A model generated the notes under the pieces. That model did no database searches. It was given only the letters and a program-made list of their open reading frames with translations, and was not told the DNA's origin. 60,000 bases of DNA from Mobula hypostoma (lineage: Eukaryota), in contig NW_026948144.1 of assembly GCF_963921235.1 (NCBI RefSeq), positions 1 through 60,000 of the forward strand, given 5' to 3'. Position numbers and translations under genes: made by a program. Below are positions 25,001-40,000 of this stretch, in pieces. Within the stretch, counting starts at the first letter, position 1; each line of letters opens with the position of its first letter.

Positions 25001-28000
25001 ATGCACTGAGAAATCAACTTTTTTGTCTTACACTGCAGTGACATGAAACAACTTTCAAACATCTCAGAATCATGTGGGAAGTTAACCTAAGGTGTTTACA
25101 TTAGGTTTGCAGTCAGTACTTTGGTGTAAAATTGAAATGTATACTACTGGTATTGTCAAAGCATTGTATGCACTGAGAGAACAACTTTTTTGTCTTACAC
25201 TGCACAGGCATGAAACAGCTTTCAGACATCTCAGAATCATGTGGGAAGTTAACCTAAGGTGTTTCCATTAGCTTTGCAGTAAGTACTTTGCTGTGAAATT
25301 GAAATGTATACTACTTGTATTGTCAAAGCATTGTATGCACTGAGAAATCAACTTTTTTGTCTTACACTGCAGTGACATGAAACAACTTTCAGACATCTCA
25401 GAATCATGTGGGAAGTTAACCTAAGGTGTTTACATTAGGTTTGCAGTCAGTACTTTGGTGTAAAATTGAAATGTATACTACTTGTATTGTCAAAGCATTG
25501 TATGTACTGAGAGAACAACTTTTTTGTCTTACACTGCACAGGCATGAAACAGCTTTCAGACATCTCAGAATCATGTGGGAAGTTAACCTAAGGTGTTTCC
25601 ATTAGCTTTGCAGTAAGTACTTTGCTGTGAAATTGAAATGTATACTACTTGTATTGTCAAAGCATTGTATGCACTGAGAAATCAACTTTTTTGTCTTACA
25701 CTGCACAGGCATGAAACAGCTTTCAGACATCTCAGAATCATGTGGGAAGTTAACCTAGGGTGTTTCCATTAGCTTTGCAGTAAGCACTTTGCTGTGAAAT
25801 TGAAGTGTATACTACTTGTATTGTCAAAGCATTGTATGCACTGAGAAATCAACTTTTTTGTCTTACACTGCACAGGCATGAAACAGCTTTCAGACATCTC
25901 AGAATCATGTGGGAAGTTAACCTAAGGTGTTTCCATTAGTTTGCAGTAAGTACTTTGCTGTAAAATTGAAGTATACTACTTGTATTGTCAAAGCATTGTG
26001 TGCACTGAGAAATCAACTTTTTTGTCTTACACTGCAGTGACATGAAACAGCTTTCAGACATCTCAGAATCATGTGGGAAGTTAACCTAAGGTGTTTCCAT
26101 TAGCTTTGCAGTCAGTACTTTGGTGTAAAATTGAAATGTATACTACTGGTATTGTCAAAGCATTGTATGCACTGAGAAATCAACTTTTTTGTCTTACACT
26201 GCACAGGCATGAAACAGCTTTCAGACATCTCAGAATCATGTGGGAAGTTAACCTAAGGTGTTTCCATTAGCTTTGCAGTAAGTACTTTGCTGTGAAATTG
26301 AAATGTATACTACTTGTATTGTCAAAGCATTGTATGCACTGAGAAATCAACTTTTTTGTCTTACACTGCACAGGCATGAAACAGCTTTCAGACATCTCAG
26401 AATCATGTGGGAAGTTAACCTAAGGTGTTTCCATTAGCTTTGCAGTAAGTACTTTGCTGTAAAATTGAAATGTATACTACTTGTATTGTCAAAGCATTGT
26501 ATGCACTGAGAAATCAACTTTTTTGTCTTACACTGTACAGGCATGAAACAACTTTCAGACATCTCAGAATCATGTGGGAAGTTAACCTAAGGTGTTTCCA
26601 TTAGGTTTGCAGTCAGTACTTTGGTGTAAAATTGAAATGTATACTACTGGTATTGTCAAAGCATTGTATGCACTGAGAAAACAACTTTTTGGTCTTACAC
26701 TGCACAGGCATGAAACAGCTTTCAGACATCTCAGAATCATGTGGGAAGTTAACCTAAGGTGTTTCCATTAGCTTTGCAGTAAGTACTTTGCTGTGAAATT
26801 GAAATGTATACTACTTGTATTGTCAAAGCATTGTATGCACTGAGAAAACAACTTTTTTGTCTTACACTGCACAGGCATGAAACAGCTTTCAGACATCTCA
26901 GAATCATGTGGGAAGTTAACCTAAGGTGTTTCCATTAGCTTTGCAGTAAGTACTTTGCTGTAAAATTGAAATTATACTACTTGTATTGTCAAAGCATTGT
27001 ATGCACTGAGAAATCAACTTTTTTGTCTTACACTGCACAGGCATGAAACAGCTTTCAGACATCTCAGAATCATGTGGGAAGTTAACCTAAGGTGTTTCCA
27101 TTAGCTTTGCAGTAAGTACTTTGCTGTAAAATTGAAATGTATACTACTTGTATTGTCAAAGCATTGTATGCACTGAGAAATCAACTTTTTTGTCTTACAC
27201 TGCACAGGCATGAAACAGCTTTCAGACATCTTAGAATCAGGTGGGAAGTTAACTAAAGGTGTTTCCATTAGCTTTGCAGTAAGTACTTTGCTGTCAAATT
27301 GAAATGTATACTACCTGTATTGTCAAAGCATTGTATGCACTGAGAAATCAACTTTTTTGTCTTACACTGCATAGGCATGAAACAGCTTTCAGACATCTCA
27401 GAATCATGTGGGAAGTTAACCTAAGGTGTTTCCATTAGCTTTGCAGTAAGCACTTTGCTGTGAAATTGAAGTGTATACTACTTGTATTGTCAAAGCATTG
27501 TATGCACTGAGAAATCAACTTTTTTGTCTAACACTGCAGTGACATGAAACAACTTTCAAACATCTCAGAATCATGTGGGAAGTTAACCGAAAGTGTTTCC
27601 ATTAGATTTGCAGTCAGTACTTTGGTGTAAAATTGAAATGTATACTACTGGTATTGTCAAAGCATTGTATGCACTGAGAAAACAACTTTTTTGTCTTACA
27701 CTGCACAGGCATGAAACAGCTTTCAGACACTTCAGAATCATGTGGGAAGTAAACCTAAGGTGTTTCCATTAGCTTTGCAGTCAGTACTTTGGTGTAAAAT
27801 TGAAATGTATACTACTTGTATTGTCAAAGCTTTGTATGTACTGAGAGAACAACTTTTTTGTCTTACACTGCACAGGCATGAAACAGCTTTCAGACATCTC
27901 AGAATCATGTGGGAAGTTAACCTAAGGTGTTTCCATTAGCTTTGCAGTAAGTACTTTGCTGTGAAATTGAAATGTATACTACTTGTATTGTCAAAGCATT

Positions 28001-31000
28001 GTATGCACTGAGAAATCAACTTTTTTGTCTTACACTGCACAGGCATGAAACAGCTTTCAGACATCTCAGAATCATGTGGGAAGTTAACCTAAGGTGTTTC
28101 CATTAGCTTTGCAGTAAGTACTTTGCTGTGAAATTGAAATGTATACTACTTGTATTGTCAAAGCATTGTATGCACTGAGAAATCAACTTTTTTGTCTTAC
28201 ACTGCAGTGACATGAAACAACTTTCAAACATCTCAGAATCATGTGGGAAGTTAACCTAAGGTGTTTCCATTAGCTTTGCAGTCAGTACTTTGGTGTAAAA
28301 TTGAAATGTATACTACTTGTATTGTCAAAGCATTGTATGCACTGAGAAATCAACTTTTTTGTCTTACACTGCACAGGCATGAAACAGCTTTCAGACATCT
28401 CAGAATCATGTGGGAAGTTAACCTAAGGTGTTTACATTAGCTTTGCAGTAAGCACTTTGCTGTGAAATTGAAATGTATACTACTTGTATTGTCAAAGCAT
28501 TGTATGCACTGAGAAATCAACTTTTTTGTCTTACACTGCAGTGACATGAAACAACTTTCAGACATCTCAGAATCATGTGGGAAGTTAACCTAAGGTGTTT
28601 ACATTAGGTTTGCAGTCAGTACTTTGGTGTAAAATTGAAATGTATACTACTGGTATTGTCAAAGCATTGTATGCACTGAGAAAACAACTTTTTTGTCTTA
28701 CACTGCACAGGCATGAAACAGCTTTCAGACATCTCAGAATCATGTGGGAAGTTAACCTAAGGTGTTTCCATTAGCTTTGCAGTAAGTACTTTGCTGTGAA
28801 ATTGAAATGTATACTACTTGTATTGTCAAAGCATTGTATGCACTGAGAAATCAACTTTTTTGTCTTACACTGCACAGGCATGAAACAGCTTTCAGACATC
28901 TCAGAATCATGTGGGAAGTTAACCTAAGGTGTTTCCATTAGCTTTGCAGTAAGCACTTTGCTGTGAAATTGAAGTGTATACTACTTGTATTGTCAAAGCA
29001 TTGTATGCACTGAGAAATCAACTTTTTTGTCTTACACTGCACAGGCATGAAACAGCTTTCAGACATCTCAGAATCATGTGGGAAGTAAACCTAAGGTGTT
29101 TCCATTAGCTTTGCAGTCAGTACTTTGGTGTAAAATTGAAATGTATACTACTTGTATTGTCAAAGCATTGTGTGCACTGAGAAATCAACTTTTTTGTCTT
29201 ACACTGCAGTGACATGAAACAGCTTTCAGACATCTCAGAATCATGTGGGAAGTTAACCTAAAGTGTTTCCATTAGATTTGCAGTCAGTACTTTGGTGTAA
29301 AATTGAAATGTATACTACTTGTATTGTCAAAGCATTGTATGCACTGAGAAATCAACTTTTTTGTCTTACACTGCACAGGCATGAAACAGCTTTCAGACAT
29401 CTCAGAATCATGTGGGAAGTTAACCTAGGGTGTTTCCATTAGCTTTGCAGTAAGCACTTTGCTGTGAAATTGAAGTGTATACTACTTGTATTGTCAAAGC
29501 ATTGTGTGCACTGAGAAATCAACTTTTTTGTCTTACACTGCAGTGACATGAAACAGCTTTCAGACATCTCAGAATCATGTGGGAAGTTAACCGAAAGTGT
29601 TTCCATTAGATTTGCAGTCAGTACTTTGGTGTAAAATTGAAATGTATACTACTGGTATTGTCAAAGCATTGTATGCACTGAGAAAACAACTTTTTTGTCT
29701 TACACTGCACAGGCATGAAACAGCTTTCAGACATCTCAGAATCATGTGGGAAGTTAACCTAAGGTGTTTCCATTAGCTTTGCAGTAAGTACTTTGCTGTA
29801 AAATTGAAATGTATACTACTTGTATTGTCAAAGCATTGTATGCACTGAGAAATCAACTTTTTTGTCTTACACTGCACAGGCATGAAACAGCTTTCAGACA
29901 TCTCAGAATCATGTGGGAAGTTAACCTAAGGTGTTTCCATTAGCTTTGCAGTAAGTACTTTGCTGTGAAATTGAAATGTATACTACTTGTATTGTCAAAG
30001 CATTGTATGCACTGAGAAATCAACTTTTTTGTCTTACACTGCAGTGACATGAAACAACTTTCAAACATCTCAGAATCATGTGGGAAGTTAACCTAAGGTG
30101 TTTCCATTAGGTTTGCAGTCAGTACTTTGGTGTAAAATTGAAATGTATACTACTTGTATTGTCAAAGCATTGTATGCACTGAGAAATCAACTTTTTTGTC
30201 TTACACTGCACAGGCATGAAACAGCTTTCAGACATCTCAGAATCATGTGGGAAGTTAACCTAAGGTGTTTACATTAGCTTTGCAGTACGTACTTTGCTGT
30301 GAAATTGAAATGTATACTACTTGTATTGTCAAAGCATTGTATGCACTGAGAAATCAACTTTTTTGTCTTACACTGCACAGGCATGAAACAGCTTTCAGAC
30401 ATCTCAGAATCATGTGGGAAGTTAACCTAAGGTGTTTACATTAGGTTTGCAGTCAGTACTTTGGTGTAAAATTGAAATGTATACTACTTGTATTGTCAAA
30501 GCATTGTATGCACTGAGAAATCAACTTTTTTGTCTTACACTGCACAGGCATGAAACAGCTTTCAGACACTTCAGAATCATGTGGGAAGTAAACCTAAGGT
30601 GTTTCCATTAGCTTTGCAGTCAGTACTTTGGTGTAAAATTGAAATGTATACTACTTGTATTGTCAAAGCGTTGTATGTACTGAGAGAACAACTTTTTTGT
30701 CTTACACTGCACAGGCATGAAACAGCTTTCAGACATCTCAGAATCATGTGGGAAGTTAACCTAAGGTGTTTCCATTAGCTTTGCAGTAAGTACTTTGCTG
30801 TGAAATTGAAATTTATACTACTTGTATTGTCAAAGCATTGTATGCACTGAGAAATCAACTTTTTTGTCTAACACTGCAGTGACATGAAACAACTTTCAAA
30901 CATCTCAGAATCATGTGGGAAGTTAACCGAAAGTGTTTCCATTAGATTTGCAGTCAGTACTTTGGTGTAAAATTGAAATGTATACTACTGGTATTGTCAA

Positions 31001-34000
31001 AGCATTGTATGTACTGAGAGAACAACTTTTTTGTCTTACACTGCACAGGCATGAAACAGCTTTCAGACATCTCAGAATCATGTGGGAAGTTAACCTAAGG
31101 TGTTTCCATTAGCTTTGCAGTAAGTACTTTGCTGTGAAATTGAAATTTATACTACTTGTATTGTCAAAGCATTGTATGCACTGAGAAATCAACTTTTTTG
31201 TCTTACACTGCAGTGACATGAAACAACTTTCAAACATCTCAGAATCATGTGGGAAGTTAACCTAAGGTGTTTACATTAGGTTTGCAGTCAGTACTTTGGT
31301 GTAAAATTGAAATGTATACTACTTGTATTGTCAAAGCATTGTATGCACTGAGAAATCAACTTTTTTGTCTTACACTGCACAGGCATGAAACAGCTTTCAG
31401 ACATCTCAGAATCATGTGGGAAGTTAACCTAAGGTGTTTACATTAGGTTTGCAGTCAGTACTTTGGTGTAAAATTGAAATGTATACTACTTGTATTGTCA
31501 AAGCATTGTATGCACTGAGAAAACAACTTTTTTGTCTTACACTGCACAGGCATGAAACAGCTTTCAGACATCTCAGAATCATGTGGGAAGTTAACCTAAG
31601 GTGTTTCCATTAGCTTTGCAGTAAGTACTTTGCTGTGAAATTGAAATGTATACTACTTGTATTGTCAAAGCATTGTATGCACTGAGAAATCAACTTTTTT
31701 GTCTAACACTGCAGTGACATGAAACAACTTTCAAACATCTCAGAATCATGTGGGAAGTTAACCGAAAGTGTTTCCATTAGATTTGCAGTCAGTACTTTGG
31801 TGTAAAATTGAAATGTATACTACTTGTATTGTCAAAGCATTGTATGCACTGAGAAAACAACTTTTTTGTCTTACACTGCACAGGCATGAAACAGCTTTCA
31901 GACATCTCAGAATCATGTGGGAAGTTAACCTAAGGTGTTTCCATTAGCTTTGCAGTAAGTACTTTGCTGTGAAATTGAATGTATACTACTTGTATTGTCA
32001 AAGCATTGTATGCACTGAGAAATCAACTTTTTTGTCTTACACTGCACAGGCATGAAACAGCTTTCAGACATCTCAGAATCATGTGGGAAGTTAACCTAAG
32101 GTGTTTCCATTAGCTTTGCAGTAAGCACTTTGCTGTGAAATTGAAGTGTATACTACTTGTATTGTCAAAGCATTGTATGCACAGAGAAATCAACTTTTTT
32201 GTCTTACACTGCAGTGACATGAAACAGCTTTCAGACATCTCAGAATCATGTGGGAAGTTAACCGAAAGTGTTTCCATTAGATTTGCAGTCAGTACTTTGG
32301 TGTAAAATTGAAATGTATACTACTGGTATTGTCAAAGCATTGTATGCACTGAGAAAACAACTTTTTTGTCTTACACTGCACAGGCATGAAACAGCTTTCA
32401 GACATCTCAGAATCATGTGGGAAGTTAACCTAAGGTGTTTCCATTAGCTTTGCAGTAAGTACTTTGCTGTGAAATTGAAATGTATACTACTTGTATTGTC
32501 AAAGCATTGTATGCACTGAGAAATCAACTTTTTTGTCTTACACTGCACAGGCATGAAACAGCTTTCAGACATCTCAGAATCATGTGGGAAGTTAACCTAA
32601 GGTGTTTCCATTAGCTTTGCAGTAAGTACTTTGCTGTGAAATTGAAATGTATACTACTTGTATTGTCAAAGCATTGTATGCCCTGAGAAATCAACTTTTT
32701 TGTCTTACACTGCAGTGACATGAAACAACTTTCAGACATCTCAGAATCATGTGGGAAGTTAACCTAAGGTGTTTCCATTAGGTTTGCAGTCAGTACTTTG
32801 GTGTAAAATTGAAATGTATACTACTTGTATTGTCAAAGCATTGTATGCACTGAGAAAACAACTTTTTTGTCTTACACTGCACAGGCATGAAACAGCTTTC
32901 AGACATCTCAGAATCATGTGGGAAGTTAACCTAAGGTGTTTACATTAGGTTTGCAGTCAGTACTTTGGTGTAAAATTGAAATTATACTACTTGTATTGTC
33001 AAAGCATTGTATGCACTGAGAAAACAACTTTTTTGTCTTACACTGCCAGGCATGAAACAGCTTTCAGACATCTCAGAATCATGTGGGAAGTTAACCTAAG
33101 GTGTTTCCATTAGCTTTGCAGTAAGTACTTTGCTGTGAAATTGAAATGTATACTACTTGTATTGTCAAAGCATTGTATGCACTGAGAAATCAACTTTTTT
33201 GTCTTACACTGCACAGGCATGAAACAGCTTTCAGACATCTCAGAATCATGTGGGAAGTTAACCTAAGGTGTTTCCATTAGCTTTGCAGTAAGTACTTTGC
33301 TGTGAAATTGAAATTTATACTACTTGTATTGTCAAAGCATTGTATGCACTGAGAAATCAACTTTTTTGTCTTACACTGCAGTGACATGAAACAACTTTCA
33401 GACATCTCAGAATCATGTGGGAAGTTAACCTAAGGTGTTTCCATTAGCTTTGCAGTCAGTACTTTGGTGTAAAATTGAAATGTATACTACTTGTATTGTC
33501 AAAGCATTGTATGCACTGAGAAATCAACTTTTTTGTCTTACACTGCACAGGCATGAAACAGCTTTCAGACATCTCAGAATCATGTGGGAAGTTAACCTAA
33601 GGTGTTTCCATTAGCTTTGCAGTAAGTACTTTGCTGTGAAATTGAAATGTATACTACTTGTATTGTCAAAGCATTGTATGCACTGAGAAATCAACTTTTT
33701 TGTCTTACACTGCACAGGCATGAAACAGCTTTCAGACATCTCAGAATCATGTGGGAAGTTAACCTAAGGTGTTTACATTAGGTTTGCAGTCAGTACTTTG
33801 GTGTAAAATTGAAATGTATACTACTGGTATTGTCAAAGCATTGTATGCACTGAGAAAACAACTTTTTTGTCTTACACTGCACAGGCATGAAACAGCTTTC
33901 AGACATCTCAGAATCATGTGGGAAGTTAACCTAAGGTGTTTCCATTAGCTTTGCAGTAAGTACTTTGCTGTGAAATTGAAATGTATACTACTTGTATTGT

Positions 34001-37000
34001 CAAAGCATTGTATGCACTGAGAAATCAACTTTTTTGTCTTACACTGCACAGGCATGAAACAGCTTTCAGACATCTCAGAATCATGTGGGAAGTTAACCTA
34101 AGGTGTTTCCATTAGCTTTGCAGTAAGCACTTTGCTGTGAAATTGAAGTGTATACTACTTGTATTGTCAAAGCATTGTATGCACTGAGAAATCAACTTTT
34201 TTGTCTTACACTGCAGTGACATGAAACAACTTTCAAACATCTCAGAATCATGTGGGAAGTTAACCGAAAGTGTTTCCATTAGATTTGCAGTCAGTACTTT
34301 GGTGTAAAATTGAAATGTATACTACTGGTATTGTCAAAGCATTGTATGCCCTGAGAAAACAACTTGTTTGTCTTACACTGCACAGGCATGAAACAACTTT
34401 CAGACATCTCAGAATCATGTGGGAAGTTAACCTAAGGTGTTTACATTAGGTTTGCAGTCAGTACTTTGGTGTAAAATTGAAATGTATACTACTGGTATTG
34501 TCAAAGCATTGTATGCACTGAGAAAACAACTTTTTTGTCTTACACTGCACAGGCATGAAACAGCTTTCAGACATCTCAGAATCATGTGGGAAGTTAACCT
34601 AAGGTGTTTCCATTAGCTTTGCAGTAAGTACTTTGCTGTGAAATTGAAATTTATACTACTTGTATTGTCAAAGCATTGTATGCACTGAGAAATCAACTTT
34701 TTTGTCTTACACTGCAGTGACATGAAACAACTTTCAAACATCTCAGAATCATGTGGGAAGTTAACCTAAGGTGTTTACATTAGGTTTGCAGTCAGTACTT
34801 TGGTGTAAAATTGAAATGTATACTACTTGTATTGTCAAAGCATTGTGTGCACTGAGAAATCAACTTTTTTGTCTTACACTGCAGTGACATGAAACAGCTT
34901 TCAGACATCTCAGAATCATGTGGGAAGTTAACCTAAGGTGTTTACATTAGGTTTGCAGTCAGTACTTTGGTGTAAAATTGAAATGTATACTACTGGTATT
35001 GTCAAAGCATTGTATGTACTGAGAGAACAACTTTTTTGTCTTACACTGCACAGGCATGAAACAGCTTTCAGACATCTCAGAATCATGTGGGAAGTTAACC
35101 TAAGGTGTTTCCATTAGCTTTGCAGTAAGTACTTTGCTGTGAAATTGAAATGTATACTACTTGTATTGTCAAAGCATTGTATGCACTGAGAAATCAACTT
35201 TTTTGTCTTACACTGCAGTGACATGAAACAACTTTCAGACATCTCAGAATCATGTGGGAAGTTAACCGAAAGTGTTTCCATTAGATTTGCAGTCAGTACT
35301 TTGGTGTAAAATTGAAATGTATACTACTTGTATTGTCAAAGCATTGTATGTACTGAGAGAACAACTTTTTTGTCTTACACTGCACAGGCATGAAACAGCT
35401 TTCAGACATCTCAGAATCATGTGGGAAGTAAACCTAAGGTGTTTCCATTAGCTTTGCAGTCAGTACTTTGGTGTAAAATTGAAATGTATACTACTTGTAT
35501 TGTCAAAGCATTGTATGCACTGAGAAATCAACTTTTTTGTCTTACACTGCACAGGCATGAAACAGCTTTCAGACATCTCAGAATCATGTGGGAAGTTAAC
35601 CTAAGGTGTTTCCATTAGCTTTGCAGTAAGTACTTTGCTGTGAAATTGAAATGTATACTACTTGTATTGTCAAAGCATTGTATGCACTGAGAAATCAACT
35701 TTTTTGTCTTACACTGCACAGGCATGAAACAGCTTTCAGACATCTCAGAATCATGTGGGAAGTTAACCTAAGGTGTTTCCATTAGCTTTGCAGTAAGTAC
35801 TTTGCTGTGAAATTGAAATGTATACTACTTGTATTGTCAAAGCATTGTATGCACTGAGAAAACAACTTTTTTGTCTTACACTGTACAGGCATGAAACAAC
35901 TTTCAGACATCTCAGAATCATGTGGGAAGTTAACCTAAGGTGTTTACATTAGGTTTGCAGTCAGTACTTTGGTGTAAAATTGAAATGTATACTACTGGTA
36001 TTGTCAAAGCATTGTATGCACTGAGAAAACAACTTTTTTGTCTTACACTGCACAGGCATGAAACAGCTTTCAGACATCTCAGAATCATGTGGGAAGTTAA
36101 CCTAAGGTGTTTCCATTAGCTTTGCAGTAAGTACTTTGCTGTGAAATTGAAATGTATACTACTTGTATTGTCAAAGCATTGTATGCACTGAGAAATCAAC
36201 TTTTTTGTCTTACACTGCACAGGCATGAAACAGCTTTCAGACATCTCAGAATCATGTGGGAAGTTAACCTAAGGTGTTTCCATTAGCTTTGCAGTAAGCA
36301 CTTTGCTGTGAAATTGAAGTGTATACTACTTGTATTGTCAAAGCATTGTATGCACAGAGAAATCAACTTTTTTGTCTAACACTGCAGTGACATGAAACAA
36401 CTTTCAAACATCTCAGAATCATGTGGGAAGTTAACCGAAAGTGTTTCCATTAGATTTGCAGTCAGTACTTTGGTGTAAAATTGAAATGTATACTACTGGT
36501 ATTGTCAAAGCATTGTATGCACTGAGAAAACAACATTTTTGTCTTACACTGCACAGCATGAAACAGCTTTCAGACACTTCAGAATCATGTGGGAAGTAAA
36601 CCTAAGGTGTTTCCATTAGCTTTGCAGTCAGTACTTTGGTGTAAAATTGAAATGTATACTACTTGTATTGTCAAAGCTTTGTATGTACTGAGAGAACAAC
36701 TTTTTTGTCTTACACTGCACAGGCATGAAACAGCTTTCAGACATCTCAGAATCATGTGGGAAGTTAACCTAAGGTGTTTCCATTAGCTTTGCAGTAAGTA
36801 CTTTGCTGTGAAATTGAAATGTATACTACTTGTATTGTCAAAGCATTGTATGCACTGAGAAATCAACTTTTTTGTCTTACACTGCACAGGCATGAAACAG
36901 CTTTCAGACATCTCAGAATCATGTGGGAAGTTAACCTAAGGTGTTTCCATTAGCTTTGCAGTAAGTACTTTGCTGTGAAATTGAAATGTATACTACTTGT

Positions 37001-40000
37001 ATTGTCAAAGCATTGTATGCACTGAGAAATCAACTTTTTTGTCTTACACTGCAGTGACATGAAACAACTTTCAGACATCTCAGAATCATGTGGGAAGTTA
37101 ACCTAAGGTGTGTCCATTAGGTTTGCTGCAAGTACTTTGGTGTAAAATTGAAATGTATACTACTGGTATTGTCAAAGCATTGTATGCACTGAGAAACAAC
37201 TTTTTTGTCTTACACTGCACAGGCATGAAACAGCTTTCAGACATCTCAGAATCATGTGGGAAGTTAACCTAAGGTGTTTCCATTAGCTTTGCAGTAAGTA
37301 CTTTGCTGTGAAATTGAAATGTATACTACTTGTATTGTCAAAGCATTGTATGCCCTGAGAAAACAACTTGTTTGTCTTACACTGCAGTGACATGAAACAA
37401 CTTTCAGACATCTCAGAATCATGTGGGAAGTTAACCTAAGGTGTTTACATTAGGTTTGCAGTCAGTACTTTGGTGTAAAATTGAAATGTATACTACTTGT
37501 ATTGTCAAAGCATTGTATGCACTGAGAAAACAACTTTTTTGTCTTACACTGCACAGGCATGAAACAGCTTTCAGACATCTCAGAATCATGTGGGAAGTTA
37601 ACCTAAGGTGTTTCCATTAGCTTTGCAGTAAGTACTTTGCTGTGAAATTGAAATGTATACTACTTGTATTGTCAAAGCATTGTATGCACTGAGAAATCAA
37701 CTTTTTTGTCTTACACTGCACAGGCATGAAACAGCTTTCAGACATCTCAGAATCATGTGGGAAGTTAACCTAAGGTGTTTCCATTAGCTTTGCAGTAAGT
37801 ACTTTGCTGTGAAATTGAAATGTATACTACTTGTATTGTCAAAGCATTGTATGCACTGAGAAATCAACTTTTTTGTCTTACACTGCACAGGCATGAAACA
37901 GCTTTCAGACATCTCAGAATCATGTGGGAAGTAAACCTAAGGTGTTTCCATTAGCTTTGCAGTCAGTACTTTGGTGTAAAATTGAAATGTATACTACTTG
38001 TACTGTCAAAGCATTGTGTGCACTGAGAAATCAACTTTTTTGTCTTACACTGCAGTGACATGAAACAGCTTTCAGACATCTCAGAATCATGTGGGAAGTT
38101 AACCTAAGGTGTTTCCATTAGCTTTGCAGTCAGTACTTTGGTGTAAAATTGAAATGTATACTACTTGTATTGTCAAAGCATTGTATGCACTGAGAAATCA
38201 ACTTTTTTGTCTTACACTGCACAGGCATGAAACAGCTTTCAGACATCTCAGAATCATGTGGGAAGTTAACCTAAGGTGTTTCCATTAGCTTTGCAGTAAG
38301 CACTTTGCTGTGAAATTGAAGTGTATACTACTTGTATTGTCAAAGCATTGTATGCACTGAGAAATCAACTTTTTTGTCTTACACTGCACAGGCATGAAAC
38401 AGCTTTCAGACATCTCAGAATCATGTGGGAAGTTAACCTAAGGTGTTTACATTAGGTTTGCAGTCAGTACTTTGGTGTAAAATTGAAATGTATACTACTG
38501 GTATTGTCAAAGCATTGTATGTACTGAGAGAACAACTTTTTTGTCTTACACTGCACAGGCATGAAACAGCTTTCAGACATCTCAGAATCATGTGGGAAGT
38601 TAACCTAAGGTGTTTCCATTAGTTTGCAGTAGTACTTTGTGTAAATTGAAATGTATACTACTTGTATTGTCAAAGCATTGTATGCACTGAGAAACAACTT
38701 TTTTGTCTTACACTGCACAGGCATGAAACAGCTTTCAGACATCTCAGAATCATGTGGGAAGTTAACCTAAGGTGTTTCCATTAGCTTTGCAGTAAGTACT
38801 TTGCTGTGAAATTGAAATGTATACTACTTGTATTGTCAAAGCATTGTATGCACTGAGAAATCAACTTTTTTGTCTTACACTGCAGTGACATGAAACAACT
38901 TTCAGACATCTCAGAATCATGTGGGAAGTTAACCGAAAGTGTTTCCATTAGATTTGCAGTCAGTACTTTGGTGTAAAATTGAAATGTATACTACTGGTAT
39001 TGTCAAAGCATTGTATGCACTGAGAAAACAACTTTTTTGTCTTACACTGCACAGGCATGAAACAGCTTTCAGACATCTCAGAATCATGTGGGAAGTTAAC
39101 CTAAGGTGTTTCCATTAGCTTTGCAGTAAGTACTTTGGTGTGAAATTGAAATGTATACTACTTGTATTGTCAAAGCATTGTATGCACTGAGAAATCAACT
39201 TTTTTGTCTTACACTGCAGTGACATGAAACAACTTTCAGACATCTCAGAATCATGTGGGAAGTTAACCTAAGGTGTTTACATTAGGTTTGCAGTCAGTAC
39301 TTTGGTGTAAAATTGAAATGTATACTACTTGTATTGTCAAAGCATTGTATGCACTGAGAAATCAACTTTTTTGTCTTACACTGCACAGGCATGAAACAGC
39401 TTTCAGACACTTCAGAATCATGTGGGAAGTAAACCTAAGGTGTTTCCATTAGCTTTGCAGTCAGTACTTTGGTGTAAAATTGAAATGTATACTACTTGTA
39501 TTGTCAAAGCGTTGTATGTACTGAGAGAACAACTTTTTTGTCTTACACTGCACAGGCATGAAACAGCTTTCAGACATCTCAGAATCATGTGGGAAGTTAA
39601 CCTAAGGTGTTTCCATTAGTTTGCAGTAAGTACTTTGCTGTAAATTGAAATGTATACTACTTGTATTGTCAAAGCATTGTATGCACTGAGAAATCAACTT
39701 TTTTGTCTTACACTGCACAGGCATGAAACAGCTTTCAGACATCTCAGAATCATGTGGGAAGTTAACCTAAGGTGTTTCCATTAGCTTTGCAGTAAGTACT
39801 TTGCTGTGAAATTGAAGTATACTACTTGTATTGTCAAAGCATTGTATGCCCTGAGAAAACAACTTGTTTGTCTTACACTGTACAGGCATGAAACAACTTT
39901 CAGACATCTCAGAATCATGTGGGAAGTTAACCTAAGGTGTTTACATTAGGTTTGCAGTCAGTACTTTGGTGTAAAATTGAAATGTATACTACTGGTATTG

